A stretch of DNA of 59,176 nt, filler included, from Sphacelaria rigidula (lineage: Eukaryota): NCBI GenBank assembly GCA_964200075.2. It is 5 parts of 5 records of this genome, joined end to end, with 100 filler letters (N's around TTAATTAATTAA, not from the genome) between each part and the next. Parts side by side here need not be neighbours in the genome. Positions count along the whole stretch, not along the records: positions 11,857 to 23,612 come from CAXNAA020004546.1; positions 23,713 to 35,467 come from CAXNAA020004547.1; 3 more parts are not named here. One strand, 5' to 3'. Made by a program: the position numbers and the translations under genes. Positions 13,041 to 25,195 of this stretch are shown here, piece by piece. The notes below the pieces were generated by a model, which ran no database searches, was not told the origin of the DNA, and saw only the letters and a list, made by a program, of their open reading frames with translations. The number at the start of each line of letters is the position of its first letter. Within the stretch, counting starts at the first letter, position 1.

Positions 13041-14309
13041 GTACCGCCCAGACAACATTGTTCGTGTAGTAGACTGCGCCGGTAGCAGCCTTCAGGACCT
13101 TCGCCGTCGATGAATGGTTACTGTCATCATCACGACAATGACGGCGATTGAAAGCTCTTCTTATATCCAAAAGATGCCTGTAGATTGGTCTGGGGGGCAA
13201 GTGAAAAGGCGGGCTCCAGAGGTTTCAGCAAAAACCTCTTTCGTAGCCACGCATACAACTGCCATATTACAAAACCACCCCGGCGTGTGCCTTCAACCAA
13301 TCAAGCGTTGGCACGCGTGTCCTCCAAATGACTAATTCGGCACAGACTATGTCCGATCACAAACTCATGAAAACGCCAATTCAGCTCAGCAAATAATCCA
13401 GCTTCTACTTTACACAAGCATACCGTCGACTAGGATCTCCCCATACCCGCCGATCGTTCGTGAAACCATCGGGATATCCCACTGTGCTAGTTTAATTTTC
13501 GCACGCGGTCATATACCATCAGAGTTAGTCGAATTTTGACCTGGAACAGAAACCAAATACACTTTGTGAAATTGGACCTGCTTCTCATTTCCAATCCTAT
13601 CCGCACTCTCAATCTCACAAGAACATTGTTCCTTGCAATAACGATTTCTTTGCACCCATGTACAGAACATTCCAAGACCCGTCCATTGGGGGAGAATCAA
13701 ACACAAGCAATGACTACTGTCGTACAAACCGTAGCAATATGTATTCTTCATTTAACTATGAACGTCGGAAAACCTCGATTGACTGCTTGAACTCTTCTCC
13801 GAGCGCTCCGAGTGTAAGTTTTCAGGGTTAGGACGAATAAAATCGTGATTCAACTCATACACATCATTTCAACAAATCAATCACTTCATTCGTATATCAT
13901 TTGTAACTTTTACAGGTTTTGAGGTCGTTACTGGTGCATTATACCGTGAACGATACCTGTTACCTACCTTCCGTTCATACGGGGTAAATCATGGGCACAT
14001 AGTCATCCCTCGGACAAAATGTGGAAATGTATCGGTTGTGCAAAATCCCACTCTTAATTTCATGAGGCGTCAATGCGATGTACATGTTTAACGTGTGTGA
14101 TTCGTGCGAAGACGAAGAGTCGGCACATGTTTGAATCCCCTCATTTCAGGGGCCTTGAATCAGGCGTATTTTTCTCCCATCTGTATTGCGGTTGAGATGG
14201 CTGCACTGCATACGTTATCCACCGTCGGGTTAATGCGGAACCAACAGTCGGCATATTTGGCGAATCTTCTCATCTCATGGGGAGTCAGCTCGTATAAATC
14301 GTTATTTAT

Positions 14310-17300
14310 CCTAACCGTGCAAGCGTTTGCAGCGACGGGGGTCACGACACGTTCTCGATCGGCTATTCAAAGCAAAAGCCCAAGAATATCAATTGGTAAG
14401 CCGCATCATGCTCCCAAACGTCTGTTTGCGTCATTTTCCCCAAGGCAGCTGCTGCGGCTGTGCGAGCACGATAGGCCTTCAAGTAGCGTGCTGAGTCATT
14501 TTCAGATGATCAGCTTCTGCAGTGACGAACGCAATGCGAGGTCTTTGATGCAGTTGTTGACTTCTCCCAAAACATTGGCTGCTGCAGCGACGCAAAACAC
14601 GCTAAGCGTTCACGGGCTTGGTTGAAGTCATTTCCGAACGTCAGTCGTTGGAACGACACAGGTAACACCATGTCTTCGATAAGCTTATTATTTCGTATCC
14701 AATCATCAGTTTCTGCAGTGACATAGACCACGCTACGCCCTCGATGTGCTGCATGAAGTCATTTCCGGATGCCATTGATCAGCTGGTTGGAGCCGTCTCC
14801 GAACGTCAGCTGCTGCAGCGACGCAGGTCACGCCACACCCTCGATCGGCTGGTTGAAGCCACCTCCGAACGCCAGCCGCTGCAGCGACGAGGGCCACGCC
14901 ACACCCTTGATCGGGTGGCTGAAGCAATCTCCGAACGTCAGCACTTGCAGCGATCCAGGCCACGCCAAACCCTTGATCGTCTAGTCGAAGGCATAATCAA
15001 ACGTCAGCTGCTGCAGCGACGCGGGCCACGCCACACCCTCGATAGGCTGGTTCAGGAACCGCCCGAATTTCAGTTGCTGCAGTGACGCAGGCCGCACCAT
15101 ACCCTGGATCTGCTGGTTAAAATTCCTCGAACGCCAGCTGCTGCAGTGATGCATGCTCACGCCACACCCTCGATCGGGTGGCTAAAGTACCCACCCAACG
15201 CCAGCTGCTGCAGCGACACAGGCCACGCCACATCCTCGATCGGCTGGTTGAAGCACTTCGCAAGCACCAGTTGCTGCAGCGACGCAGGCCACGTCACCCC
15301 CTCGATCGGCTGGTCGAAGGCATACTTGAACGTCAGCTACTCAGCGACGCAGGTCATGCCACATTCTCGTTCGGCTTGTTCAAGTGATGTCCGCAAGTCA
15401 GCTGTTGAAGCGACGCGGGCCACGCCACGTCCTTGGTCGGCTGGTCGAAGTCCTCCCCGAACGTCAGCTGCTGTAGCGACGCAGGCCATGTCACACCCGC
15501 GATAGGCTGGTTGAAGTAATATCCGAAAGTCAGCTGCTGCAGCGACGTAGACCACGTCACACCTTCGATCGGCTGGTTGAAGTACTTCCCCAGCGCCAGC
15601 TGCTGCAGCGACGCAGGCCACACCACACCCTCGATCGGCTGGTCGAAGTACTCCGCGAACGTCAGCTGCTGTAGCGAACCAGGCCACGTGACACCCTCGA
15701 TCGGCTGGTCGAAGTACTCCCCGAACGTTAGCTGCGGTAGCAACGCAGGCCACGCCACACCCTCGATCGGCTGGTCAAAGGCATAATCGAACGTCAGCTG
15801 CTGTAGCAAACCAGGCCACGCCACACCCTCGATAGGCTGGTTGAGGTAATATCCGAGAGTCAGCTGCTGTCGCGACGCAGGCCACACCACACCCTCGATC
15901 GGGTAGTTGAGGTAATACCCGAGAGTCAGTTGCTGTAGCGATGCAGGCCACGCCACATGCTTGATCGACTGGTCGAAGTTCTCCCCAAACGCCAGCTGCT
16001 GCAGCGACGCGGGCAGCATCACATCCCTGATCGGTTGGTCGAAGTCTTCTCCGAACCTCAGTCGCTGCAGCGACGCAGGCCACGCCACATCCTCGATCCA
16101 CTGGTCGAAGGCGTAATCGAACATCAGCTATTGAAGCGACGCAGGCCATGTCACACCCGCGATAGGCTGGTTGAAGTAACATCCGAAAGTCAGCTGCTGC
16201 AGCGACACAGACCACGTCACACCTTCGATCGGCTGGTTGAAGTCTTTCCCGAACTTCAGCTGCTGCAGCGACGCAGGCCCTGCCACACCCTTCATCGGCT
16301 GGTCGAAGCCATCGCCCAACGTGAGCTGCTGCAGCGACGCGGGCCACGTCACACCCCCTATCGGCTGGTTGAACCGTGCTCCGAACGTCAACTGCTGTAG
16401 TGAACCAGGCCACGCTACACCCTCGATCAGCTGGTTGAACTAATATCCAAGAGTCAGCTGCTGCAGCGACGCAGGCCATGCCACACCCTCGGTAGGCCGG
16501 TCGAAGTAATCCCCGAGCGTCAGCAGCTGTAGCGACGCAGGCCACGCCACACCCTTGATCGGCTGGTCGAAGTACCGCCCGCACTTCAGTTGCTGCAGTG
16601 ACGCAGGCCACGCCACACCCTCGATAGGCTGGTTAAAGTTCTCCCCGAACGCCCGTTTGCTGCAGCGACGCAGGCCACGCCGCATCCTCGATGGGCTGGT
16701 TAAAGTTCTTCCCGAACGCCAGTTGCTGCAGCGACGCAGGCCACGTCACACCCTCGATCGGCTGGTCGAAGTCCTCCCCAAACGTCAGTTGCTGCAGCGA
16801 CGCAGGCCACACCACACCCTCGATCGGCTGGATGAAGGAGTCTCCGAACGCCAGCTGCTGCAGAGAGCAAGGCCAGACCACTTTCGTGACGGGTTGATTG
16901 AACTCTGCTGGCATTGGACCACAACGGCCCCCGAACACAATTTTCCTGACTTGCAGAGGCCAGACAGCGTAGTCCAGACTACGGTCAAACATCCAGCCAA
17001 TGTACCAGTTCCGCACGTTGGCCAAGATACTGGTGTTGCCAGGTATGACTGCCGCGTCAGCACTCAACATCCACACAACACTGCGTGCTCGCAAGGAAGG
17101 CACTCGAGGTTCATCATTGCGACCCACCCTTGCAGCTGTGAGAGTCGAGGATTGCTCGGCGGGATCGGTCCATAGCCTGCGCGGTGTAGATCCATCAATC
17201 TTCACCAATAGGGTGCTTACGCCGCGGCAAGCGACGTACAGCTGTAGTGACGCCAGCTGTAACTGTTTTGTCGGCAAATACGACTTTCCCCCGGAGGAAG

Positions 17301-17345
17301 CCTCGTTGAGGGCGGTGGTGAAGGCGTCAAGACAACGGTAGCTGC
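14310..17345 (-). pseudogene. FNIP-repeat (22-aa LRR-like) protein gene, disrupted
   Basis: About 35-40 tandem 66-bp units encoding LQQLTFGxxF[ND]QPIxGVxWPAS. A non-repeat N-terminal domain follows a CCACAG| acceptor at 17346. In-frame stops at ~16441, ~16128 and ~15354, a frameshift at ~16650, and increasing decay toward the 3' end. Confidence 0.88.
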
Positions 17346-20017
17346 CTGTGGCGGAAACACGATACCAGCGCTGTACGGTTTAGCTCGTATGGGATCATCA
17401 AGCATCGACGTAAACTCCGTCGCGAGTTGATAACGCAACCTAGGTCGGTACACACTCTTAACGCACGACCAAGGAATCCGACTACAGAACTGCAAGCTAT
17501 TTAACATCGTAGGCACTTATTCGTCAGCCTCGTCTCACCTGCATGTAAATTACGGAAAGGTCATAATGGCGAGTAATCAGCGGATTTCACCGACTTGCCC
17601 ATGGTGACACCAGATATTCGTGCTACTTCAACTAACTGCAGATTTGTCTCAAGGCAGTGACAGAGACCCTGAACGTTCACTTCGCGATGTTGCATAGCGC
17701 CAGCCTTTCAGACACTGCACTCGATCACTCTTGTATGTGCGTTGGTGCGTCGCCCAGATTTCGCGGTGAAGAACGAAAGCATATGGGCGGGAAAATGCTC
17801 ATGCTCGAGGGCGACAAGTCTCTGAACTGCAGTTATCGTAAAGCAGTGCCTACTGCATGCGTTGTGTTACGGCTGCCATGTCTACATTCCACTGCTTAAG
17901 ACTCGTGTCACCTGCTACTGTTTCAAAGCCGGTGTCAGACACGCCAGTCCGCGCACCTTGGGAACCGTTGTTGGCTGAAATCACTGTGCCGCAAGTAAGC
18001 GCCATCACTCAGCACTCCACACCGACAAATCTACTCTGAAGACAGAAGAGCGCTGAGCACACGTGTCAACGCTCTCGTGGTGTTTCTTCACTCGTGCACA
18101 CCTGCGATCCGAGAGACATGAATCGACATCGTGAAGTTGATTATGAGTCACTGTACCACCAAATGCCCATCGCTCTTCATCGAGATTTGATCCACCAGCT
18201 GGGGATGGTCAGCCCTTGTACCGCTGTGGCAAGTGAAGGCGAACAGCGTGGCAATCGCGGCAACGATGAGCGGAAGGCAACCACCAGCTCATGATTGTAT
18301 CACGAGCGTTCATGTCAAACACTGACAGACGGTAGTGGTAGCCACCTACGGGATAGTTGTGAAGGCTGTCCATGTGATTCAACAGGTCACCAACATCGCC
18401 AATCAGCAGCTGAACCAGTGGCGGTCCCGATACTAACCATGACATTTTCCTTCTCTTTCAGCTTCCTCTTGAGCAACCATCGTACCGATCCATAGCACTG
18501 GAGCGCGCGTATTGCTCGTTTGTCGTCAAAACCTCGAACCAACCCGCACCAACAAGATATCAATAGGCTGAATGCGTAGGAATGACTCAACTCGCGTCGC
18601 GCAGTTCCTCCCGGATCATACGCATTGTAAATGTACATCCGCAGGAATGGTGAATGTTACGCCGCTAGCTGCCTCTTCGCCTGACTTGGATTTGTACAAG
18701 ATGTCGAACGCCACACTGTAGCAAACGGCACCAGCCCGATTTCGATCTGACCCTGCCTTTAGTCGCTCCCAAACGTAGCCCTTACTTCTCCTATCTTCCT
18801 TCGGTGGGCCGACATCTTCAAAAATAGACCGCGTATGGCGAAGATATTTCCGAGGTTTTTACCTTCATGAGATCAAGCTAACCAACCCTTGTACACACAC
18901 AGATGGGACGACAACAACAGCACACGGGGTTGATATCTCAGTGCCACCTGGTCACGACAGGCGGTAGCCTACACAGCGCCTCGTGTGCTAGTGTTGCAGC
19001 ACTTGGTCGGGACAATGGCCTCCATGTACAGAAGCATGAGGCATCTTGGTGTACCCTGCGACATGTTTCAAATATAGGACAACTTGCCTCATGTCTCCCG
19101 CGCCTGGTTCAATACTGTATCCAAGCTAAATGGCGAGAATCCACCGCAGTTCAGAGACCAATAACACTTACTACCTTGTGCACATAGGTACCAACACCTC
19201 TGGATTCTTCGTATTTCAGGGACAGGGATGAACGTAACACTCACATCGTGTCTTTTCCCTACCAACGTCCTGCAAACTCCCGAATACAACTTCATCGTTT
19301 GGGGGTACGGTATCTAGACGGTCAAGCTGCGGGAAAAACGAAAATCGTTACACTGCTGGCGCAGAATATTGCATTCTCATCTCGTGTATACCCGACGGAA
19401 CGACGCTGAACCGGTGACGGACTGACGACGACATGAAGACTCTTCTAGGACCAGTTCTCGGTATTGCACTGGCTGCTGGCTGTGCGCATGACTTGCCACG
19501 AGGTCGGCGGGGTGCCACAAAGGCCGAAGCGATGTCGCAGAATTATATGCCAAATAACACGCGAAACGGGCAGCCTTCCGCACACGTTTTCGGCATATGG
19601 CGCGTTCATCTCTCCTCCGATGTATTTCATAGGGATCAACCACAAACCCCTACACTGTTGTACGTCCGGCCCGGATGTTGAGTAGAAAAGAAGTTTGCTG
19701 TGGAAGTGCGATTGAAGAGAACCCGTGCAATACCTTGAAGGCGTACGATTGTCTATTTGCCAATGTCAGGCCTTCCTGATAGGCGATCAACTCAGATTCC
19801 TAGAGCTACGATAAACTGCAGTCACTGCTGCAGTGAGGCAAACCATTGCCTCCTTCAGCGAACGTTGCACAAATAAGGTACATTACGGACTAGTGTACCA
19901 ACACACGTGCAGACATTGCTCTGGTTCTGCTGTTGCGGATACGAATATATACCTTCTCCTTCAACAGCATAAATTGAGAATATACAGCTAGTGATGAACC
20001 CCAGAAGCAGCAGCGTA

Positions 20018-22167
20018 CTGTTATGGGTGCGACAGACCCCCCAAAATAGACAAAAAAAAGTATCACCCAAAATCACGAATAAACATGAACATACCGACTT
20101 TCGCGACTCATCGGGGCTGGTGGGGTAAAATGCGCCGTACGTCATCGGAAGAGAACGACATAAATCTTGAATTCACATGGAGAAAAAGCGGACTGCATTC
20201 TGAAATCAGATCCCCAAAATGGCTGTCACTAGCATTCCAGCGTATCGCAAGCGCGAACGAAAACCGACGCAGTGGCATGCAATATTCGAGGGAAACTTGA
20301 TGGGCCGGGGAAATAACAGCAAACGCAAGGCAGCAGACACTCAGCAGTTCAGCTACTAAACGCTGTTAGCCCCGTCTTGCGTCGTAGGCCATGTCTCGTC
20401 GTTCAAGCAGTCGCAGTTGCGCACGGAACATGCGAAATACTCAGGTGTTGGCGAACGACGTCTGTCGCTTCGGTCACACTATTATAAGAATATGTCAGAC
20501 AACGCCGCTGATTTTGCGCAGACGCTCCCAAGAAGTCCGCAAAACCAGGACGCTGAAGCACCAGCAACATCAAGTGCCCCTGCACGTACCCCAGACGAAG
20601 TCTCAGATACCTATATATTTGTAGGGTGTGTTGTCTTTTGTACATACTGCACATTTCGATCACAGGAGGGTTGGGAGCGTTTGGTTTATGGGGCCGCGCG
20701 GCAAGGTATCCTGCCATGAGTGGAATGACCAACATATGTTTGCCTCGCTTGGACAAGCTTAGACTATAGCGAGTTGGATTCATAACACGGAACATCATCC
20801 CAGAGCGATGTCGAGGGATGAGGGTCTACGGAGTGCTTTTTCGATTAGGGGTACGACGATTAGGGGTACGACGGTACAATCATTTTTGTTGTGTCTGCTT
20901 GCGTAGAATTTGGAGATGAAGGCAATCGAGCATGTGTTTGGGGGGAATGCCGATCGAAATTGGGCCAAAATTGTGTGGTCAACATGCCACAGAGCCATTT
21001 GTACTAATGAACTTCCACAAGAACGTCCCTTGCACAGACGAGTGGAGTACAAACAGTCGCCGGGTGTGTGATGTGGGCTGGGCGGATATTGGTCGACCAC
21101 CTCATGTTTTGAGAGGCTTGATTTTTCGGATGCCATCGTTCCGCTTTTTTCGGCGGAAGAATGACTCGCCTTGTGCAAGCGTATTCGGTATTCCGTGGAC
21201 ATGGCTTTTCATTTCATGAACATGATACTTGACCCTTTGACCGCGAGGGTATGTCACCTGCTGAGTCGGCATCAATATTCACTTGAAAAATGTATGCGTA
21301 ATCCAGATGGACAACGCGCACCGCTGTCTGAGGATTAATCGGACGCCAAGGATATTTGTGTTCCAAGTGGGAATGGAAACGAACCGTCGCCACGTGTGTC
21401 ATCCACCAGTGCCGATTACAACATACGCGTGTTTCAGGACGGGTGGGTCGACTGGAAGACATGATGGGACTTCGGTACCGTGTGGCTTCAGCCGAAGTGG
21501 GCCGACGACTTGATGCTGTTTTTTGTGCCGTCTTGATGACGCAGCATAGTTCACTAATCGGGAGGGAAAATTAGTTCATCTTGATTTTAGTGCGGTGTCG
21601 CTTGTACCACAATTAAAAGTCATTTATGGGTATAATTTACTCTGAGGCCGTTGGACAGAGGTGAGGTTTGCGCGTATCGTGGAAACCGGCGTAGGTTGGA
21701 GGCGCTTGTTTGCGCTCATAGATCAAACTGTTGCCCCGATTACTCATCGCCAAGGCCATTGATTGGGATGCGACTTTTTGCATCATTTGCGCCAAGACGA
21801 CAGCTACAACTTGACCGGATTTGTTTTCAATCCCATCAGGATCCGACTTTCATAACCAATCAAGTGGGGAAAACATGTTTTTGTGCGATTTTCTCGATCA
21901 CCATAACTTCTTTGGTGAAACTATCCGGTCAGATTGTAGGTTGGACAAATATACGCCGGTGAGTAGCCGAGGCACGCCGTGGTTCGTACGGTAGTCCGGG
22001 ACGACGATTATGGGAAATCGTGAAGTGAAACGCCACTAAAATCACAAGTACATGGGTGATTTACGGCGTGCATAATCAGGGGGTACACGAAATCTGCGAT
22101 CTCTTCGTGTTTTTGGTCTGTGACACTTTTTTTGCCCCTTTTGGGGGGTCAGGCGCACCCATAACTG
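20018..22167 (+). mobile_element. Degenerate Tc1/mariner-like DNA transposon (~2.15 kb)
   Basis: Imperfect ~55-bp TIRs (C[TA]GTTATGGGTGCG…GACCCCCCAAAA…CAAAAAAA…TCAC), flanked by TA on the left and CA on the right. Internal VIQMDNA (~21280) and a frameshifted HPP/SADYN (~21400) resemble the QDNA and P-SPD-N DDD/E motifs. Confidence 0.55.
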
Positions 22168-22563
22168 CAGTAGCGCTTGTTGCGTGCAATGCTCGACAGT
22201 GCGCTGTGTGGGTAGCTTGGTGCAAATCATACGGACATCGTTGCATCGCGATTTGGTGGCACTCCAAAGTTTTCAACACAATTGCTCGACAGCGATATCC
22301 TCACTCAACCGCATCTCCCTGGTAGGGTCGATTTCAAAAGTCAGGTTTTGGATCAGGCGCCCATCACCATCCACACCAAGAAAACTCAATAATCTTGGGC
22401 CAAATATTCCGTTTGATGGTGAATTCGCGGGCATCCTACATGTAGCGAAACAGTGCCAACCACTGGGCGATCCAAGCCTCCAGTAGTTTCCCGAGCCCCT
22501 CAATTTTGCAGTGGCTGCCGGGTATGTCCAGTATTCGCCAAGTGAATGATGACAAGTAGGGGG

Positions 22564-22588
22564 GGGGGCGTACTCATTTGTTGCTCGC
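22564..22588 (-). mobile_element. 25-bp retroposed LINE 3' terminus with a 14-bp TSD
   Basis: Insert GCGAGCAACAAATGAGTACGCCCCC (element strand) flanked by TGACAAGTAGGGGG at 22550-22563 and 22589-22602. Confidence 0.8.
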
Positions 22589-22845
22589 TGACAAGTAGGG
22601 GGAGGCAATTCTGATATCGATGTACATGATGGACCTGAGCAACAATGACGCTTCCCCGCAGTACAGAATGGGGTCTGTAATATTGTCATTCATCAACGCG
22701 CATATGGTGCCCTGCAATTTCTCGACTTTTAATACATCACTTCGAGGAGCCATGCATGAATCCAGGTAAACCTTGGCGTGATTCCTTCGGCCTCTTGCAT
22801 TTCGTTTTGTTTTCTTCGTTTGTGTTCCCTCCCCCTGTACGGTCT

Positions 22846-22968
22846 AAATGAGCGCCAGAATGTTGAAGGTGTCTCTACTAGGAGTAGGAACGGTGCTCCG
22901 TCTCGAAAGGGATGCGTGGGCAATGGTCAAACGACTAAGGCAAGCAACAAATGAGTACCCCCCCCCCC
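22846..22968 (+). mobile_element. 5'-truncated LINE 3' end with poly(C) tail and a 15-bp TSD
   Basis: Matches the reverse complement of ~7987-8070 (end of the RT ORF) and ends ATGAGTA(C)16. TSD CCCCCTG[T/C]ACGGTCT at 22831-22845 and 22969-22983. Confidence 0.85.
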
Positions 22969-23549
22969 CCCCCTGCACGGTCTCCTGATCTGAAGCCATG
23001 CGACGGGGGTCGGCCATTGCTTTCTTGCCTATCGGCACAAGTACCAGATATATTCTCGCCATTCCTTCTCTCCTCTACTCTTCACTTTTACATCATTCCA
23101 TTTCTCACCTTCCCCCCATCTCGAGTTTTTTGTAGCGATTTGTAGCATAGCCGTACGCAAAGCCAAAAGCTGTAACGCCTCTCGTGCTTTGTTTTTGTGT
23201 CAAAGAATACGACTGTCATCGCAGGAAAGGAGGGCTGTAGCTGCTCTAGTTTATGATGATAGTGGTATGGGGGTCAAGAGTACTTTCTGTATTATAGGTC
23301 TGCAAAGTCCCTCAACCGAAAAGTCCGCATGGACAACAGTTCGACCCACACACGAGAGTTTGCAATGCGAAGTGCCAACTCTCCAAACCACGAACTTCCT
23401 CTTGCGAGAATAGGATTTCCACATGCGTGAAGCTTGAGGCCAAGGCGCCCCGCCCATAGGTTGACACAAGGGGCAGCTACGGAGGTACCGGTTCGCCGCG
23501 AAGCGTGCGACACTGTTTCACGCCGTTCCAAGAAAGGAGCACACAATTC

Positions 23550-23612
23550 CATACGTCGGACGAGCGCGAGTGTCACTCGTGGCACTCGCCCTCGTTGGGC
23601 TACTCTTTGGCC
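23550..23612. repeat. Terminus of a hairpin-containing repeat, also at 59112-59176
   Basis: CATACGTCGGACGAGC[G/A]CGAGTGTCACTCGTGGCACTCG… ends both contig 2 and contig 5. Confidence 0.85.
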
Positions 23613-23712
23613 NNNNNNNNNNNNNNNNNNNNNNNNNNNNNNNNNNNNNNNNNNNNTTAATTAATTAANNNNNNNNNNNNNNNNNNNNNNNNNNNNNNNN
23701 NNNNNNNNNNNN
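23613..23712. other. Artificial contig spacer
   Basis: N44-TTAATTAATTAA-N44. Confidence 0.98.
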
Positions 23713-24589
23713 ATTGGCCCGAACAGTCATCTCCCGGGGCGGGTGCGGAGGAACTTGGACACTGAAATCAGCATTGAATCTCGCGGACGCCTCGTTACAA
23801 AGTATGCTTGACGCTCGTAAGTTCGAATATTCTACATTTGTACTATATATATAGGTATATCTGTGACAAGTGATTACGCATGTTATGTATATATACGTAT
23901 GTCTGTGACAAGTGATGATGTATGTCGCCTTGGGCGAACATCAGTGGTTGCTACTGACGCAAACAGAGTATGCTTGAAAATGTTTCATTTTGCAGACTTT
24001 GTCGCGCAGTCCCCAAAAATGAGCTATTCGACAACGGCAGCGTGTTTACGAGCTTTTCGTCGCGGGGGGATCAAGCGCTACCGGTTACTTCAACAAAATT
24101 GCAGCGCGGTAGGATTTTACCACCTCGTGACATAGTGGAATGAGTAATGCCACAATAGTTGTGCATTTTCCCTGCCAAACCTTGTCTGGTTCAAGGGCTC
24201 CTACCGGTTCTAGATGCACAAAAATAGGTTTCAGGGCATCCCCGTTTGCCATTTCATCCGGGGTATCCCTAGCCCATCGAAATAGTAATCCTGGCGTTTT
24301 CTCACGTATTCCATGACACTTGTTTTGCATGCGATGAGAGATTTCTAACAGTTCTAATTAAAAAACCAAATTGTGCGCCCCTACCCTAGCATCACCCGGG
24401 TGGTACGGTAGTGTCGTCGCAGTCTGCGTTGAGGAGGTCAGTCCTGAACTCTTAGATGGTATTGGAATTCTTCCGGAGAACCGGCTCCTACCCCCCATTT
24501 GTGACCATCAATATACTCCACGACATAGAGTTCCAACATAACCTTGTGCAGACACGTTCTACGATAGTCCCCCCAAAAAAAAACCAGGT

Positions 24590-24710
24590 GGTTTGAGTGC
24601 GAGCCTGGTCCGGCGAAAACCCGACGTGCTCCGTCCCGGCTTTGTAGGGATGCGAGGTCAAAGTCTGATTGATGACTATGGCATGCATGATCAGGAGTAC
24701 ACCCTCTCCC
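24590..24710 (+). mobile_element. LINE 3'-end fragment (C-rich-tail family)
   Basis: GAGTGCGAGCCTGGTCCGGCGAAAACCCG…GGCATGCATGATCAGGAGTACACCCTCTCCC, homologous to the reverse complement of 7846-7955. Confidence 0.8.
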
Positions 24711-24836
24711 ACGCATGCATTTGGGAACGAATCAAAATAATTTTTCTCGAGAAAAAATGAGTGGAGAGCTCGCTCGAAAAGTTCACACTCTTCGATTGAG
24801 AAAAGAAGGCACACCACCACCGTCTCAAAAACTCAC

Positions 24837-25195
24837 ATGAACTCGTATCCCTCGTCCGCGAGGGCCTTCTCGACTGCACCCACGGCGTTAGACCAGCGGG
24901 CAAAAACGCTCTTGATGTTCCCGCCCTGCTCCATGGAGATCACACGCATGTGATCCTCCTCGTTGACCCACACCAAGAAGTTCTTCTCGGCATTGTGGAA
25001 AATTCCGCGGCCGTCGGGCCAATCGCGCGCCGCGCCGCAGTTGGCGAGCACGCTTCGCGGCGAGGGCTTTTGGAAAAGGAAGTGGTCGTCGATGAGCTGT
25101 TGCTCCTCTTCAGCGGTCATGCCTCCCAGCGGGTAGTACTTGCCGGCCGTAGAACCCGACATGCGGGTGAGACCATTCCGGAGGATCTTCTCCAC
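24837..25195 (-). CDS. Phosphagen kinase (ATP:guanido phosphotransferase, creatine/taurocyamine kinase-like), internal exon
   Basis: LIDDHFLFQKP, GAARDWPDGRGIFHN and WVNEEDHMRVISME motifs. Acceptor AACAG|GTG at 25196, donor AT|GTGAGT at 24836. Confidence 0.93.

Noticed and set aside
15354..16660. Programmed frameshifting or stop readthrough in the FNIP gene
   Set aside because: The lesions are heterogeneous (TAG, TGA, indels) and increase toward the 3' end, which fits decay or misassembly better.
14310..16890. CRISPR-like array in the 66-bp repeats
   Set aside because: The period is a multiple of three and encodes FNIP units. There are no unique spacers or cas genes, and the context is eukaryotic.
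13050..20000. Definite endogenous giant virus
   Set aside because: No capsid, polymerase, packaging ATPase or integrase was recognised, and the FNIP gene has a spliceosomal acceptor. Kept only as a weak lead.
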